Assembly: GCA_050294405.1 (NCBI GenBank)
Contig: JBNKOC010000012.1
Span: forward strand, 384,001-448,000
Origin: Fibrobacteria bacterium
Lineage (GTDB): Bacteria; Fibrobacterota; Fibrobacteria; UBA11236; JADFYW01
Direction of reading: 5' to 3'
Length of the DNA: 64,000 nt
Shown: in pieces, positions 17,795 through 27,120 of the stretch
How the letters are laid out: each line of letters opens with the position of its first letter
Numbering within the stretch: position 1 is the stretch's first letter
The notes under the pieces: generated by a model
What the model saw: only the letters and a program-made list of their open reading frames with translations
What the model was told of the DNA's origin: nothing
The model's database searches: none
Translations under genes and position numbers: made by a program

Positions 17795-19080
17795 AAATAT
17801 TAATGTTTGGTTGGGAGTTCCCCCCTTACATAAGTGGAGGGTTGGGAACAGCATGCTACGGCATGACACAGGCGCTTTGCCAAATGGGAATGAAAATAAC
17901 ATTTGTCCTTCCTAAGATAAAAGGTGGTCTTGGGGATAATTCACCTGTTGAGGTGGTAGGAGCAAATCAGGTTTCAGAAGAGATTATCCATAGCCAAAAA
18001 ATGCAATGGGAATCCAAATTGAAATTACTTGAAGTGAACTCTTCTTTATTGCCTTACATGAATGAGGAAACTTATGTAAAACATATTGAAGAGGTGCGCA
18101 AACACGAATCTGAAAATAAAAGTTCCGAATTTAGAGGCATTATTGATTTAGAAGGAGATTATGGCCATGATTTGTTGGGGGAAGTGTACAGATACTCCAT
18201 GATAGGCTCCTTTCTCGGCAAAAAGCCAGGGTACCATATTATACATGCCCACGATTGGATGACATACCCCGCAGGTATTGAAGCTAAAAAATCTTCAGGA
18301 TTGCCTTTGATTGTACATGTTCACGCTACTGAATTTGATCGTTCCGGCGAAACACCTAATATTGATATTTATAACATTGAAAAGTGGGGAATGGAAGAAG
18401 CTGACGTGGTTATAGCCGTTAGCCAAAGAACTAAGAATTTAATTGTAGAAAAGTATGGAATTGATTATCATAAGGTGCATGTGGTGCACAATGCCGTGAC
18501 TAAGGAAAAAACTCTGGATAAAAGTGAAGCGCCAAAATTTTTAAAGGAAAAAATTGTATTGTTTCTGGGACGTGTTACCATGCAAAAAGGACCTGACTAT
18601 TTTATTGAGGCGGCTCATGAGGTTTTAAAAAAGGTTAAAAATGTTCGCTTTGTTATGGCTGGCGCTGGAGATATGTTACCCAGGATGATAGAAAGGGCGG
18701 CTGAGCTCAGGATGCAGGACAAGTTCCATTTCACAGGTTTTTTAAGAGGCGTGCAACGTGAAAAAATATTTTCCATGTGCGACTTATATGTAATGCCATC
18801 CGTATCTGAGCCGTTTGGTATCACTCCTTTTGAAGTTATGAAATACGGAGTACCTATTATCGTTTCTAAGCAATCGGGTATTACTGAAGTTATTGAAAAT
18901 CTGATTAAAGTTGATTTTTGGGATATAAACAAATTGGCCAGTTCTATTACTAATGTTTTGTCTGACAGCAGCCTTTCCTCTCACTTGGTGGAGCGCAGCT
19001 CCAGAGAACTGGAAAGCATTGATTGGTCGAACTCAGCCAGCCTTATTTCCCATTTGTATTATGAGGTTGCAAAAATATGA
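17791..19080 (+). CDS. GT4 glycosyltransferase (putative alpha-glucan synthase)
   Basis: MFGWEFPPYISGGLG, HAHDW, HATEFDR, MPSVSEPFGI; ATGA overlap. Confidence 0.9.
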   Translation: MKILMFGWEFPPYISGGLGTACYGMTQALCQMGMKITFVLPKIKGGLGDNSPVEVVGANQVSEEIIHSQKMQWESKLKLLEVNSSLLPYMNEETYVKHIEEVRKHESENKSSEFRGIIDLEGDYGHDLLGEVYRYSMIGSFLGKKPGYHIIHAHDWMTYPAGIEAKKSSGLPLIVHVHATEFDRSGETPNIDIYNIEKWGMEEADVVIAVSQRTKNLIVEKYGIDYHKVHVVHNAVTKEKTLDKSEAPKFLKEKIVLFLGRVTMQKGPDYFIEAAHEVLKKVKNVRFVMAGAGDMLPRMIERAAELRMQDKFHFTGFLRGVQREKIFSMCDLYVMPSVSEPFGITPFEVMKYGVPIIVSKQSGITEVIENLIKVDFWDINKLASSITNVLSDSSLSSHLVERSSRELESIDWSNSASLISHLYYEVAKI

Positions 19081-20276
19081 TTTCTGTTTGTTTTTATTTT
19101 CAGGTACATCAGCCCTTTAGATTGAGAAAAGATTACTCCTTTTTTGATATTGGCGGAAATCATATGTATGAAGATTCCGATGCGAATCGGGAAATCATGC
19201 TAAAGGTCGCCAGAAAGTGTTACCTGCCCGCTAATGAAACCATGCTAAAGCTTATTAATAAACATGAGGGGAAGTTTCGGATTTCCTATTCCATAAGCGG
19301 TGTGTGCCTGGAACAGTTCGAATTGTACGCCCCTGAAGTACTGGAAAGCTTTCAGAAATTAGTGGATACAGGCTGTGTGGAACTCATTAATGAGACTTAT
19401 TACCATTCCCTGGCTTTTCTGTTTTCCAAAAAGGAATTTGTAAATCAGGTAAAGGCGCATAAAAAAAAGCTTAAAGACTTATTTGGCGTAACCCCAAAAA
19501 CTTTTCGCAACACGGAATTGATTTATAACAACGACTTGGCGAAGGAAATCGAAAACCTGGGTTATGAAGTCATTTTAACGGAAGGCGCGGATCAAATTTT
19601 GGGTTGGAGAAGCCCTAATTTTGTGTATCAGCCGGCCCCATGTTATAAGCTAAAGCTTTTGTTAAAAAACTATAAGCTCTCTGACGATATTGCCTTTCGT
19701 TTTTCAAATCGGGATTGGGAAGAATTCCCCTTAACCACTGAAAAGTTTGCCCAATGGGTACACGCTTTAGCTGGAAACGGAGAAGTCTTAAATTTGTTTA
19801 TGGATTATGAAACCTTTGGGGAACACCAATGGGAAGATACGGGCATCTTTAAGTTTTTAGATCACCTTCCCGAACAAGTCATGTCCCACCCTGATTTTCG
19901 ATTTTTAACTCCCAGCGAAGTGGGAAAAAAACATCAGCCCATGTCCAAAATGGATGTTCCTCATTTTATTTCCTGGGCCGATTTGGAAAGAGACTTAACA
20001 GCCTGGCTGGGAAACCCCTTGCAGGATTCCGCAATTGATTATGCCTACAGCCTTATGAATGCCGTATTAAAATCCAAGGACATCCAACTGATTCACACAT
20101 GGAGAAAGTTGCTGACTTCGGATCATTTTTATTACATGTGCACAAAATGGTTTAGCGATGGTGATGTACATAAGTACTTCAACCCCTACAATAGTCCATA
20201 TGATGCCTATGTAATATACACTAATGTTTTAAATGATTTAAAAGAGACATTAACCCAACGCGGCATAGCCGTTTAA
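19077..20276 (+). CDS. Glycoside hydrolase family 57 (alpha-amylase-like)
   Basis: FQVHQP, ETYYHSL, FRNTELIY, FMDYETFGEHQW, SDHFYYM. Confidence 0.93.
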   Translation: MISVCFYFQVHQPFRLRKDYSFFDIGGNHMYEDSDANREIMLKVARKCYLPANETMLKLINKHEGKFRISYSISGVCLEQFELYAPEVLESFQKLVDTGCVELINETYYHSLAFLFSKKEFVNQVKAHKKKLKDLFGVTPKTFRNTELIYNNDLAKEIENLGYEVILTEGADQILGWRSPNFVYQPAPCYKLKLLLKNYKLSDDIAFRFSNRDWEEFPLTTEKFAQWVHALAGNGEVLNLFMDYETFGEHQWEDTGIFKFLDHLPEQVMSHPDFRFLTPSEVGKKHQPMSKMDVPHFISWADLERDLTAWLGNPLQDSAIDYAYSLMNAVLKSKDIQLIHTWRKLLTSDHFYYMCTKWFSDGDVHKYFNPYNSPYDAYVIYTNVLNDLKETLTQRGIAV

Positions 20277-20295
20277 CTCAAACCCCCGGGAAAAT

Positions 20296-22854
20296 ATGAC
20301 CCAATACAAATCATTTACCGTATTGCCAGCTACGCCTGAGCGTCTGAATCCTCTTTTGGAAATGGCATATAATATGTGGATTTCCTGGAATTATGAGGCA
20401 TCCCAGTTGTTTAAAAAATTAGATCCGGTTAGCTGGAAAGCTTCCAGTGAAAACTGGGTTCGTATGTTATGTATGATCCCCCACGAAAAACTCGAGGAGG
20501 CCGCCAAGGATAAAGCCTTTTTGGAGCAAATGGACAGGCTTTACGTTCGCTTCAAAAATTACATGGAATCCACCACCTGGTACGAAAGAAAATTTGGCTC
20601 TAAAGAGCAAGCTTATGTGGCCTATTTTTCTTGCGAATACGGAATGCACCATTCCCTTCCCATTTATAGCGGAGGTTTGGGAATTTTATCAGGGGACCAT
20701 TTGAAGTCTGCCAGTGATTTGGGAATTCCCCTAGTGGCAGTGGGTATGTTATATAGACAAGGCTATTTTAAGCAGAGAATAAATGCAGAAGGTTGGCAGC
20801 AGGAAATCTTCCCTGAAAATGATTGGTACAGTCTTCCGGTTAAATTGGTTAAAAAAGAAGATGGGCATAGGCTTTTGTTGTCCATAAATATTGGAGAAGA
20901 ATTGGTGCATTTTCAGGTTTGGTCGGTAGCTGTAGGCAGAATTTTCCTTTATCTGCTGGATACTAATCTGGAAATAAACACTCCTGAAAATAGAGACATT
21001 ACCATGCGTCTTTACGATACACATGGCGATGTTCGTATTAAACAGGAGGTTTTACTTGGTATTGGTGGCGTGAGAGCATTAAAAGCCATTGGAATTAATC
21101 CCAGTGTGTACCACTCCAATGAAGGACATTCCGCCTTTTTGATGATAGAGCGTATTCGCAACCTAATGAAAGAATACGATTTATCGTTCAAAGAAGCTCG
21201 TGAACTTACCTGGGCCTGTAATGTATTTACCACTCACACTCCCGTTCCCGCGGGAAACGAGCGTTTTGATGTGGAAAAAATCGAAAATTATTTAGCCAAA
21301 TATGTAAGCGAAATTGGAATGTCCATGGATGAATTCATCGGATTGGGTAGAGAAAATCCGGCTGACTCTGAGGAAAAATTCTGCATGACTGTGCTTGCCT
21401 TAAAACTTGCCTCTCATGCAAATGGAGTGGCTAAATTACATGGGGTTATTTCCCGAGAAATGTGGCAAAAATTATTTTCTGAAATACCCATGGATGAAAT
21501 ACCCATTGGCCATATAACAAATGGTATACATACCCGCAGTTGGCTGAGCCCTCAACTGTCTTCGCTTATATTGAGGTATTTGGGACCCGAAACTTTGGAT
21601 GAACCCAGTGAATTGGGAACCTTTAAGGATATAGATAAAATTCCCGATGCGGAACTCTGGAAAGTCCATGAAGAAAGAAGAAAAATTTTGGTTTATTTTT
21701 GCCGCAAACGGGTTCAATCCAGAATCAGAAGAATAGGGGGGACTGCAGACCAGGTCTCCAAGGCCCAGGAAATTTTAGTGCCGAACATATTAACCATTGG
21801 TTTTGCCAGAAGGTTCGCCACATACAAAAGGGCAAATCTTTTATTAAAGGATCCCGAACGCTTAAAACGACTGATACTAAACCCGGAAAGACCAGTGCAA
21901 TTTGTTTTTTCTGGAAAGGCCCATCCGGCGGATCATCAAGGCAAAGAATTGATTAAAGAAATTTACAACTTTGCCATTCAAAATGGATTGTCCCATAGAA
22001 TAGTTTTTCTGGAAGATTACGACTATGCCGTGGCCAGGCATTTGGTTCAAGGTGTAGATGTATGGTTAAATAATCCTCGTCGTCCTCTGGAAGCTTCTGG
22101 AACCTCGGGAATGAAAGCTGCCGTAAATGGAAGCCTCAACTTAAGTGTTATGGACGGTTGGTGGGACGAAGCTTACACCCCAGAAGTGGGTTGGAGCATT
22201 GGAAATGGGGAAGAATATGCCGATACCAAATATCAGGATGACATTGAAGGCAGTTTGTTGTACCGGGTGTTAGAGCAGGATATAATCCCTACTTTTTACA
22301 ACCGAAATGAACAAGGTATTCCTGAACAATGGGTGTATATGATGAAGCAATCCATTGGAAAACTAGGTTCCTATTTTAATACCCACCGTATGGTTATGGA
22401 CTACACCAACAAGTTTTATATAAAAGCTGACGAACTTTTCCATGTGCTAATGGAAAGCGGAGCCAGTGCGGCTAAAGAACTTGCCGCCTGGAGAGATAAG
22501 GTGAATCGGGAATGGGATGATATTCAAATCTTAAAAGTTGAGTCCAATGTTACGGAAGTGATGTATGTTGGGAATGAACTACAGGTAACTGCCCAGGTGA
22601 ATTTAGGCAAGTTTAAGCCTGAAAACATTATTGTGGAAGTCTACCACGGCTCCCTATCAGCACAAAATAATATTGAAAAAGGCTATCGGGTTCGTATGGA
22701 ACCTGAAAGCGGGGAAGGCAGTATTGTAAACTTTAAAGGTTCAATCCCCTGTCAAACAGGCGGAAGATATGGCTTCTCGGTGAGGTTATTGCCTGGTCAC
22801 AAAAACTTGGCCGTCCAGTTTTTGCCGGGCCTTATAAAATGGGCCGCTTTATAG
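20296..22854 (+). CDS. glgP: Alpha-glucan (glycogen) phosphorylase
   Basis: YSGGLGILSGD, NEGH, FARRFATYKR, EASGTSGMK PLP-lysine motif. Confidence 0.95.
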   Translation: MTQYKSFTVLPATPERLNPLLEMAYNMWISWNYEASQLFKKLDPVSWKASSENWVRMLCMIPHEKLEEAAKDKAFLEQMDRLYVRFKNYMESTTWYERKFGSKEQAYVAYFSCEYGMHHSLPIYSGGLGILSGDHLKSASDLGIPLVAVGMLYRQGYFKQRINAEGWQQEIFPENDWYSLPVKLVKKEDGHRLLLSINIGEELVHFQVWSVAVGRIFLYLLDTNLEINTPENRDITMRLYDTHGDVRIKQEVLLGIGGVRALKAIGINPSVYHSNEGHSAFLMIERIRNLMKEYDLSFKEARELTWACNVFTTHTPVPAGNERFDVEKIENYLAKYVSEIGMSMDEFIGLGRENPADSEEKFCMTVLALKLASHANGVAKLHGVISREMWQKLFSEIPMDEIPIGHITNGIHTRSWLSPQLSSLILRYLGPETLDEPSELGTFKDIDKIPDAELWKVHEERRKILVYFCRKRVQSRIRRIGGTADQVSKAQEILVPNILTIGFARRFATYKRANLLLKDPERLKRLILNPERPVQFVFSGKAHPADHQGKELIKEIYNFAIQNGLSHRIVFLEDYDYAVARHLVQGVDVWLNNPRRPLEASGTSGMKAAVNGSLNLSVMDGWWDEAYTPEVGWSIGNGEEYADTKYQDDIEGSLLYRVLEQDIIPTFYNRNEQGIPEQWVYMMKQSIGKLGSYFNTHRMVMDYTNKFYIKADELFHVLMESGASAAKELAAWRDKVNREWDDIQILKVESNVTEVMYVGNELQVTAQVNLGKFKPENIIVEVYHGSLSAQNNIEKGYRVRMEPESGEGSIVNFKGSIPCQTGGRYGFSVRLLPGHKNLAVQFLPGLIKWAAL

Positions 22855-22915
22855 CTGCCCTTTTAATAGTTTCAAATGTATTGGTTAACTTGGCTTTTGC
22901 CAACTTTAATACGCA

Positions 22916-24577
22916 ATGAATAAAAAAACTGAATCTTTTCTTAAAACTTCAGGTGGAGTCCGAAATTACCCAACTTCAAAGGGTATATTTTTACGAAAAA
23001 AAGTAGGCCAAAAATTAAAGCTGCAATATAAACCTCCTATAGATGGAAAACAAATCCAGGTCGTGGCCTGGACGAATATCAATCACGAAGAAGATTGGCG
23101 GGAAGAAGCGTTTTATTACAATACCGAATTACAAAGGTTTGCACTCAGTCTTAGCTTGAGCCATCCGGGGAAGTATTGTTTTAAGGTCAGGTACTCAGAT
23201 GATGGCGGAAGAAGTTGGCATTGGGATAAAGCGGACTATTCTTATCTAATGGTAGATCCATCCTGGGTTGCGGGCTTAAGTTGCTATGTTATAATACCAA
23301 ATGTATCCGGCCCTATATCCCAATGGAAAAAACAATTGGCTCATATTAAAAACATGGGTTTTAATTGGATTCAATTACTTCCGCTAAGCGCAATGGATAC
23401 CAGCCAAAGTCCCTATGCGGCCAGTAAACTGCTTGAATTTGATCCAATATATGGAGAAAATGCCGAATTAGATTTTAAAGATTTTGTCAAGGAAGCCCAC
23501 TCAATGGGTTTTGCTCTTGGCGTGGATTTAGTTTTTAACCATGTGGGAATTGGAAGCCAAATATGTAAACACCACCCGGAGTGGATAGTTGGTGATTGCG
23601 ATGAAGAAGATGGCTTCAAAAGAGCCGGATGGTGGCGAGGCGACGAATGGGTGAAATGGGAAGAACTTGTCCTTATTAATTATAAACACCCTGAACCAAA
23701 AACCAGAAAAGAAATTTGGGAGTACATGCGAAAGTACGCATTGTACTGGTGCTCTCTTATTCAGGGAAATAAAGGGGTTATTCGCCTGGATAATTTCCAC
23801 AGCAGCCACGGGATGTTTATCCGTTTTATTATTCAATCCATACACCAAGCCTTTCCCGATATGATAGTGCTGGCGGAATTTTTTGACAAAGAGCCAGTCA
23901 TGCTGAACAAGGTATGGAATAACCAATTACATTTATTGCTGGCCACACCATGGGAGTCTAAATTTGTTCCTGAATTAAGGCGTTATGTTGGTTATATACA
24001 TGAGAGTTACAATAGTTTTAAGTACTTTTTTCCTATCACAAGCCATGATAGCGGCACACCGGCTCAGGAGTTTGGAGATGTTAAAGCAACATATCCCCGT
24101 TATGCTTTGTCCTCTTTAGCAGGCACTGGGGTTACTGGAATGGTTCAGGGCGTAGAATGCGGCTTGGATAAAAAAATAAATTTTATTGGACCCATGTCCC
24201 GTTTGCAGGAAAAACCCATTCCCGATTTTTGCGAGTTTATCGGCAAAATAAATGGTTTGGCAAATTCTGAATCCGTTTTTTGGACTCATGGAAATTTACT
24301 TTTCTTTGACGAGAACCACGAAGCCATAATAGCCTTTCAGCGCCTGGGAAAATATTACCATTACTTAGTTTTATGTAACTTTGATATTTTCCATAACCAG
24401 AGTCTTCAGCTAAAAAAAGACAACATATTTTTATCTGGTTCCGGGGAATGGCTTTTGGAAAGTTGCTTATGGAATAAAACGGAAAAACCTTTGGAATTAG
24501 TGCAGAAGATTGAGTTAAAACCCTGTGAGGTTAAAGTCTTTAAGCTTAAACCTGCAGGGGAAAATCTAAAAGATTAA
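22916..24577 (+). CDS. GH13 alpha-amylase-family enzyme (glucanotransferase/GlgE-like)
   Basis: DLVFNH, RLDNFHS (nucleophile), LAEFF (acid/base), SHDSG; last gene of the glycogen operon. Confidence 0.8.
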   Translation: MNKKTESFLKTSGGVRNYPTSKGIFLRKKVGQKLKLQYKPPIDGKQIQVVAWTNINHEEDWREEAFYYNTELQRFALSLSLSHPGKYCFKVRYSDDGGRSWHWDKADYSYLMVDPSWVAGLSCYVIIPNVSGPISQWKKQLAHIKNMGFNWIQLLPLSAMDTSQSPYAASKLLEFDPIYGENAELDFKDFVKEAHSMGFALGVDLVFNHVGIGSQICKHHPEWIVGDCDEEDGFKRAGWWRGDEWVKWEELVLINYKHPEPKTRKEIWEYMRKYALYWCSLIQGNKGVIRLDNFHSSHGMFIRFIIQSIHQAFPDMIVLAEFFDKEPVMLNKVWNNQLHLLLATPWESKFVPELRRYVGYIHESYNSFKYFFPITSHDSGTPAQEFGDVKATYPRYALSSLAGTGVTGMVQGVECGLDKKINFIGPMSRLQEKPIPDFCEFIGKINGLANSESVFWTHGNLLFFDENHEAIIAFQRLGKYYHYLVLCNFDIFHNQSLQLKKDNIFLSGSGEWLLESCLWNKTEKPLELVQKIELKPCEVKVFKLKPAGENLKD

Positions 24578-25905
24578 TCCAGTTTCCGGTAAATTGTTCT
24601 CATACTAATTCCCAGAGCTTCAGCCGCCCGGCCTTTGTTGCCCTTAAATCTTTTGAGAGTATTTTTAATAACAAATCGTTCGATTTGGTCCATTGTCATG
24701 TTTTTGGAAAAGTTCATGTTAATGTTATCCGATTCTACTCCCGATAATTCCGGGGGTAAATCTTCAGGAGTGATTTGGCTTCCCCTGCATAGAATAACAG
24801 CTCTTTCCATGGCGTTTTCCAACTCCCGGATATTACCAGGCCAACCGTAATCTTGAATGAGTTGCAGCGCATCAGCAGACAAGGTTAGGTTTGCCCTTTT
24901 GTTTTTTCTGCAAAATTTTTGAATAAAAAAGGAAACCAGTGAAGTTAAGTCGTCCAGCCTTTCCCTTAAGGGAGGAACGGAGAGGGGAATAACATTAAGA
25001 CGGTAAAACAGGTCTTCCCGAAAACTGCCTTCTTCTACTTTTTTTCTTAAGTTTTGATTAGTAGCAGCCAGAATACGAACATCCACCTTTTCGGTTTTAC
25101 CGCCTACAGGATTTATCTCACGGTTTTGCAGAACCCTAAGTAACTTAGCTTGTATGGGGTGGGGAAGTTCGCCAATTTCATCTAAAAAAATGGTTCCATT
25201 ATTCGCTTCCAAAAATTTGCCTTTTGAGTCGTGGATGGCGCCTGTAAAGGCGCCTTTTTTGTATCCGAACAATTCTGATTCCAACAAGTTATCCGGAATA
25301 GCCGCGCAGTTTACTTTAATAAAGGGGCCAGTTTGTCGATTGGAATTTTCAAATATATAATCTGCTAGAATTTCTTTTCCTGTACCTGATTCACCCAGAA
25401 TCAAAATGGTGGCATCACTTTGGGCGGCTTGTTTGCCTCGTTCCAATAATTCTTTAAACTCGCGGCTTTTGCCCCAATCTACTTCTTCTTTTTTAGCCTT
25501 TTTTAATTTTTCTTTTAGCTGTTGGTTTTCCTGTACCAGTAAAACTTTTTCAAGTGCTCGCTTTGCCACAGTTACAATTTGTTGTTTTTTAAAAGGTTTG
25601 GTAATGAAATCGTAAGCCCCTTTTTTCATAGCTTGTACGGCATCTTCAATAGTGGCATGACCAGTAATAACAATGGTAGTGATTTCTGGTCGCTCTTTGT
25701 TAAGCTTAGTAATAAGCTCCATCCCACCAATATTGGGCATACGTAAATCCGTAATTACAATGGCAGGGTTTATTTGTTCTACTAATTCAAGCGCCTTTTC
25801 CCCGTCTTCTGCAGTTTCAATATCCGCTTCCAAACTATTAAGGGCTCTGGCTAAGGCATCTCGAATTCCTTTTTCATCGTCCACTATTAATATTTTATTT
25901 CTCAT
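24574..25905 (-). CDS. NtrC-family sigma-54-dependent response regulator (REC-AAA+-Fis HTH)
   Basis: ILIVDDE/TDLRMP REC, GESGTGKE, ESELFGYKKGAFTGA, FLDEIG, FREDLFYRLNV, WPGNIRELEN, C-terminal HTH. Confidence 0.96.
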   Translation of the reverse strand: MRNKILIVDDEKGIRDALARALNSLEADIETAEDGEKALELVEQINPAIVITDLRMPNIGGMELITKLNKERPEITTIVITGHATIEDAVQAMKKGAYDFITKPFKKQQIVTVAKRALEKVLLVQENQQLKEKLKKAKKEEVDWGKSREFKELLERGKQAAQSDATILILGESGTGKEILADYIFENSNRQTGPFIKVNCAAIPDNLLESELFGYKKGAFTGAIHDSKGKFLEANNGTIFLDEIGELPHPIQAKLLRVLQNREINPVGGKTEKVDVRILAATNQNLRKKVEEGSFREDLFYRLNVIPLSVPPLRERLDDLTSLVSFFIQKFCRKNKRANLTLSADALQLIQDYGWPGNIRELENAMERAVILCRGSQITPEDLPPELSGVESDNINMNFSKNMTMDQIERFVIKNTLKRFKGNKGRAAEALGISMRTIYRKLD

Positions 25906-25959
25906 TTTATTTATCCGAATGGTTACAATATGGACATTTCAAAATTTTTTAAAATTTGC

Positions 25960-25974
25960 GCAACTAGTATGCCA
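25960..25974 (-). promoter_or_regulatory. Sigma-54 promoter of the NtrC-family gene
   Basis: Minus strand reads TGGCAT-ACTAG-TTGC, about 55 bp upstream of the ATG at 25905. Confidence 0.75.
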
Positions 25975-26037
25975 GTAAAATATTCCATTTAAAACGTTGA
26001 GTTTTCTGAGGTTGGAGATTTATATTTCAGCATGATA

Positions 26038-26069
26038 TGACAATATGTCAATAAATGGAAATTTTGTCA
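26038..26069. promoter_or_regulatory. Putative UAS boxes TGACA-ATA-TGTCA and GGAAA-TTT-TGTCA
   Basis: About 64 bp upstream (minus-strand sense) of the sigma-54 motif at 25960-25974; boxes 19 bp apart. Confidence 0.55.
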
Positions 26070-26131
26070 AAGTTTTTAAAATAGGCAGATTTGGCAGGGC
26101 TTAAAATAATATTTTAGGGTAAAATTGAATT

Positions 26132-26902
26132 ATGTCCAAAAAAAATCCACATCTTCTCTGTGTTCTAAGTTGTATTTTTGGCCCTGACTTTAATTGTGTT
26201 TATCCGGCTCCAAAGAATTATCCAGCTTACTTTTTTTGTAATAATCCGAAACTAAAAAAGGAAATTAGGAAAAAAGGGTGGAAGTACATATTTGTGGATT
26301 TTGAGCTTAGTCAGGATATTTCAGTTTCCAGTTTTCAATCAAAATTCATTAAGTTTTTGCAAATAAGAAATCGGTCTGAGGGAAATTTTTTGGGCCAATT
26401 TCAATACTCCCTTTTTGTAGATCATAAATTTTTTATTCAAGATACTCACATAGGTGAAATACTTGGAAACGCAAACAAACCCATTGTAATTAGAAGTACT
26501 CCCAGAGAAAAAACTACAATTTGGGAAGAGTATAACGAGGCAAACCTACAACTTCGTTATCAAAAATTTAAGGAACAGACTCATCAGTACATAGTTGAAA
26601 AAATAAATCATGGTTGTAGTGAAAATATTCGGATTTGTAATACAGGGCTAATTTTAGTGAATTTAAATTATCCTGAATGTTTGAAGTTAATGGATGAGGT
26701 TTATAAAGATTTAAAACTTATAGGAACTTCAGAATGCCAAATTATTTGGGCTATGGTTTCTCAAAACTTCGAATCTTTAATTAAAGTTATACCGTTCCAT
26801 AAAATTCCGATGAAATGGGAAGCTCCAAGAAAAGTTAGCTTGAAACAAAAATTTTTAAAATTAAGGAAACAGGTTTTCCTGTCTTTTAGCTCAAACAAGT
26901 AA
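26132..26902 (+). CDS. Putative DUF616/TOD1-like glycosyltransferase-domain protein
   Basis: SCIFG, SKFIKF, YSLFVDHK, CNTGLIL and CQI motifs resemble DUF616; very AT-rich ORF. Confidence 0.55.
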   Translation: MSKKNPHLLCVLSCIFGPDFNCVYPAPKNYPAYFFCNNPKLKKEIRKKGWKYIFVDFELSQDISVSSFQSKFIKFLQIRNRSEGNFLGQFQYSLFVDHKFFIQDTHIGEILGNANKPIVIRSTPREKTTIWEEYNEANLQLRYQKFKEQTHQYIVEKINHGCSENIRICNTGLILVNLNYPECLKLMDEVYKDLKLIGTSECQIIWAMVSQNFESLIKVIPFHKIPMKWEAPRKVSLKQKFLKLRKQVFLSFSSNK

Positions 26903-26909
26903 TGATATT

Positions 26910-26943
26910 TGTAAAAAAGGCAAAAATTTTTGCCAAATTTGCA
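26910..26943. promoter_or_regulatory. Tandem putative UAS boxes TGTAA-AAA-AGGCA and TGCCA-AAT-TTGCA
   Basis: Boxes 21 bp apart, about 90 bp upstream of the GG-N10-GC motif at 27032. Confidence 0.45.
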
Positions 26944-27031
26944 ATTAAATAATTTAAAAAAAGGCTGAAAAGTTTCTTTCAGCAAGCTTCAATTGTCGAT
27001 TTTAAGCTAAAAATCTTATCTGAAGTTAATT

Positions 27032-27047
27032 GGGCATAGTTTTCGCG
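27032..27047 (+). promoter_or_regulatory. Sigma-54 promoter candidate for the bd-like oxidase operon
   Basis: GGGCAT-AGTTT-TCGCG (GG-N10-GC; the -12 element is imperfect). Confidence 0.45.
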
Positions 27048-27120
27048 TTTGCAAGTTTTAAACAACTATGGTGGAATTAACCCAAGTAACAAGGATTTCA
27101 TTTTCGAAAGAAAATAACAT

